DNA from: a virus
Taxonomy: Duplodnaviria; Caudoviricetes
IMG/VR virus record: IMGVR_UViG_3300031772_007968
Coordinates: 1-55,946 of that record
Strand: one strand, 5' to 3'
Length of the DNA: 55,946 nt
Positions 53,526 through 55,946 of this stretch are shown here, piece by piece (position 1 is the first letter of the stretch; every line of letters begins with the position of its first letter). A program made the translations under genes and the position numbers. A model generated the notes under the pieces. It did no database searches, had not been told where the DNA came from, and saw only the letters and a list, made by a program, of their open reading frames with translations.

Positions 53526-53544
53526 TGACAGTAAGGAGCAGGAA

Positions 53545-54115
53545 AATGACAACGACAACTACTGTGTTCAACCTGAAGAAGGTTCTCGGAAGGGACTTGC
53601 CAGAGGTGCTCGACAGGCGCACCAGGAAATGCCCGCAGTGCGGCGGGGTTGGCTGGGACGACAGCACAGTCCGCGTGGCGAAATGCTGCCGGTGCTCTGG
53701 ATCTGGAATAGTGAAGCTTGCCCAGACCGATCCTCAGCAGCCCGATCCGCCGAACAATGCGGAGGCCGGGGCGGACATCCCTTCCCCAGGGGATCCTGAG
53801 CCTTCGGCGACCACTCCCCCTGTTGACTTCGGCGACACGCTGGCCGACGACGACCTTCTCGGGAACCTCCCGTCGGAAAACGAGATCCCGCCGGAACAGC
53901 TGAAGTCCGACATCGCCGCCATGCTGTCATCCAGCTTCTCACACACGGTAGCGGCAGTCTTTGACCACGTGTCGGGTTTTGACACCGAGATGTCGTCAGA
54001 CAAGAGGGCGAAGTATGCCGGACAGGACCAGCAGATGGCATACTACATCTACCAACGCCTCGACGTGATGACTCCCGAACAGCTCAGGAGCACGTTCAAG
54101 GTCTTCAGGAAATGA
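53545..54115 (+). CDS. Hypothetical protein with FNLKK motif and DnaJ-type CxxCxGxG Zn finger
   Basis: VFNLKKVL; CPQCGGVG...CRCSGSG; VKLAQT. Confidence 0.7.
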
Positions 54116-54119
54116 CCGC

Positions 54120-54377
54120 ATGAAGGTAAGGCTGACAAGAAGCCAGTGGGAAGCAATCGGAATGCAGGCCGACTGGATTGACGCCGGGTTCGGAGCCGAA
54201 AGGTTCAAGTTCTTCAGCGGCCCTGGGGTCTACTGCGTCTGCCCGTGGTGCGGGCACACCAAGGGGTCAGTAAGGATGATGCCATGCGAAAGGCTGACAT
54301 GCCCGCGCTGCGGCAGGGCGAAGATGGAGAAGAAGTACATCAGGGGGAAGGAACAGATGTCCCCGAGGCAGTTCTGA
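54120..54377 (+). CDS. Small Zn-finger protein with TRSQWE motif
   Basis: GPG.YCVCPWCGH...PC...CPRCG. Confidence 0.7.
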   Translation: MKVRLTRSQWEAIGMQADWIDAGFGAERFKFFSGPGVYCVCPWCGHTKGSVRMMPCERLTCPRCGRAKMEKKYIRGKEQMSPRQF

Positions 54378-54378
54378 C

Positions 54379-54984
54379 ATGATGATATTGTCACAAGGGC
54401 AGGTGTCGGTTTGGCTCGAAAAGGCTGCGGCCGCGATCGAGGAGGGCCGCACATTCCCTAGATCCATGCCGTATGCCGGCATACGGGTGGCCCAGTTCGA
54501 GACGCCGGTCGATGACGACCCGCTCGCGGAACTTGAACCGGTTGACCCGAGAGTAGGCAGCGAAGAGGGTGGGAACCTCGCAAGAATGAATGCCCACATT
54601 CTGAGGATGAGGGGTCTGAAGCCAGGCGAAGCGGTCGTCAACCTGTCAGCCCGCAGGCGAGCCATAGGATCGACGGCCAAGAACCGGGCCAACAGGAGCA
54701 TCCACGAGCTGACCAAGAAGCTCTGTGACGCCATCCCACTGAAGGGGATATTCGACGCACTGGTCGCCAACGGGATGATACCGGTTGACGACGACGGCTC
54801 GCAGTGGAGCGGGATGCTGATCGGCGGGCGGGATTGCGGCGACCCGGAAGGAGCCTCCCAGAGGGCGGACATATCCCTAGCGGCGGTGCTGCCGGACTAT
54901 ACCGTGTTCCCCGCGAACGTTATGCTTCACATCTCATGGTGCAAGATCGGCGACAGGTATGAAGTAACCGCATATGTCGGATGA
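54379..54984 (+). CDS. Hypothetical protein
   Basis: 201-aa ORF; LHISW...RYEVTAYVG. Confidence 0.7.
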   Translation: MMILSQGQVSVWLEKAAAAIEEGRTFPRSMPYAGIRVAQFETPVDDDPLAELEPVDPRVGSEEGGNLARMNAHILRMRGLKPGEAVVNLSARRRAIGSTAKNRANRSIHELTKKLCDAIPLKGIFDALVANGMIPVDDDGSQWSGMLIGGRDCGDPEGASQRADISLAAVLPDYTVFPANVMLHISWCKIGDRYEVTAYVG

Positions 54985-55552
54985 GGAGAGCAAAATGGAC
55001 TTGAAAATAACCCCGGTCATCAAGAAGCAGAGAACGAGGGTCGAGGACTTCGAGGTCTGCCCGCACTGCATGGGGGAGATCATGGAGAAGTCCATATACA
55101 TCGATCCCGAGAACTATGTCTATCACCGTCCATGCAAGGACAAGGGGCCGATTGAAAAACTGACCCCCACGCCGTTGACATGGGGAGCCGACGGGGTACT
55201 TCGCGCCGCCAGCAAAAAGCCCGACGGCATAACGAAAAAGGCGGTGATCACCAGGTCGCAGTGGGAAAAGGCTGGCCAAAAGGCCGGATGGCTCAAGACG
55301 GCACAGTATGACGATGACGACGTCACCCTCACCGCCACGTTCAGGGGCTATTTCGATATGAACGTCGCAGGACGAGACTGGGAGTTCGAATACTCCGCAA
55401 AGATCTCAGGTGATCCGGATAGCGACAGGGTCGAGGTCGAACAGCCAGGAGAGATGCCAGACGACCTCTGGGGCCAAGTCTGGGAGCAGATTGAGGACAA
55501 GGCCAGGGAAGTCGCGGAAAACAGGTACCTCCAGAAGGTCAACAAAGCCTGA
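54974..55552 (+). CDS. Hypothetical protein (CPHC...HRPC) with TRSQWE motif
   Basis: 192-aa ORF; alternative start at 54995 with AGGAG RBS. Confidence 0.7.
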   Translation: MSDEESKMDLKITPVIKKQRTRVEDFEVCPHCMGEIMEKSIYIDPENYVYHRPCKDKGPIEKLTPTPLTWGADGVLRAASKKPDGITKKAVITRSQWEKAGQKAGWLKTAQYDDDDVTLTATFRGYFDMNVAGRDWEFEYSAKISGDPDSDRVEVEQPGEMPDDLWGQVWEQIEDKAREVAENRYLQKVNKA

Positions 55553-55575
55553 TCCAGAGGAAGGAGCTTTGAAAC

Positions 55576-55946
55576 ATGCCAGCGGTGATGACAAGGACAA
55601 TGGCCCTCCAGGGCGAGTTCGTCAGGCTGTACTGCGTCTTCGAGCACGACGGCCAACTGTACGACCCGGCCGCTCAGCCGCGGGTCATGATCGTTGACAA
55701 CAACTGGCACCAGGAGTCCAGCTCCTCCAGCACCGCCTCGTCGGCGTCGTCGCTGTCTGAGACCGAGATGTCGACCAGCAGCGGCGGAAGCTCCTTCTCG
55801 TCCAGCGAGTCCAGCGGCCCCGTGTTCGGCCCGTTCTTCGCCCAGAAGGAGAGCACCGGCGTGTGGTTCGTCGACTGGCTGGTTCCGGCCAGCCTAAGCC
55901 CAGGCAACTACTACGACGTCTGGACGTTCAGGTGGGACGGGTCGGG
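55576..55946 (+). CDS. Putative structural protein with internal Ser tract; truncated at the right edge; not in ORF track
   Basis: AAGGAG RBS; MPAVMTRTMALQGEFVRLYCVF...ESSSSSTASSASSLSE...GNYYDVW, open to the window end. Confidence 0.8.
   Translation, partial: MPAVMTRTMALQGEFVRLYCVFEHDGQLYDPAAQPRVMIVDNNWHQESSSSSTASSASSLSETEMSTSSGGSSFSSSESSGPVFGPFFAQKESTGVWFVDWLVPASLSPGNYYDVWTFRWDGS

Noticed and set aside
1-55946. Stop-codon reassignment (as in some jumbo phages)
   Set aside because: Standard code gives dense full-length genes; TAA, TAG and TGA all terminate genes, with coupled downstream starts.
1-55946. tRNA or rRNA genes
   Set aside because: No cloverleaf or rRNA-like segment was seen in the short intergenic gaps; tRNAscan was not run.

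Overview
This is a ~56 kb, fairly GC-rich segment of a large tailed (jumbo-type) phage covering DNA packaging and head morphogenesis. Core genes are the terminase large subunit (8533), an intein-containing portal fused to a Vsr/DUF559-like nuclease domain (28215), a 1696-aa prohead protease-scaffold with a probable nested scaffold gene (33414/34824), a decoration protein (38812) and a compact HK97/encapsulin-like major capsid protein (39453). Accessory genes include a trypsin-like protease, a lytic transglycosylase, AAA and ABC ATPases, DUF1257/DUF2997-like proteins, WGR, DUF192-WYL, rhodanese and PAS-GAF proteins, a GT4 glycosyltransferase, a CmcI-like methyltransferase, two DNA methyltransferases and two free-standing homing endonucleases. 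Four signals are not explained by the ORF track. (i) A rigid AAGG-N19-GAA(T)A promoter-like motif recurs about 19 times ahead of genes, including once inside the protease gene. (ii) Short peptide motifs (N-terminal FNLKK, K/R-x-A(Q), TE-x-QL, TRSQWE-x-x-G) recur across unrelated proteins, suggesting a head-targeting and processing code. (iii) An AT-rich HNH cassette appears to have replaced the 5' end of a methyltransferase. (iv) Several proteins carry poly-Ser tracts, two of them missed by the ORF track because they run off the window edges. All domain calls come from reading motifs by eye; no database search was run.
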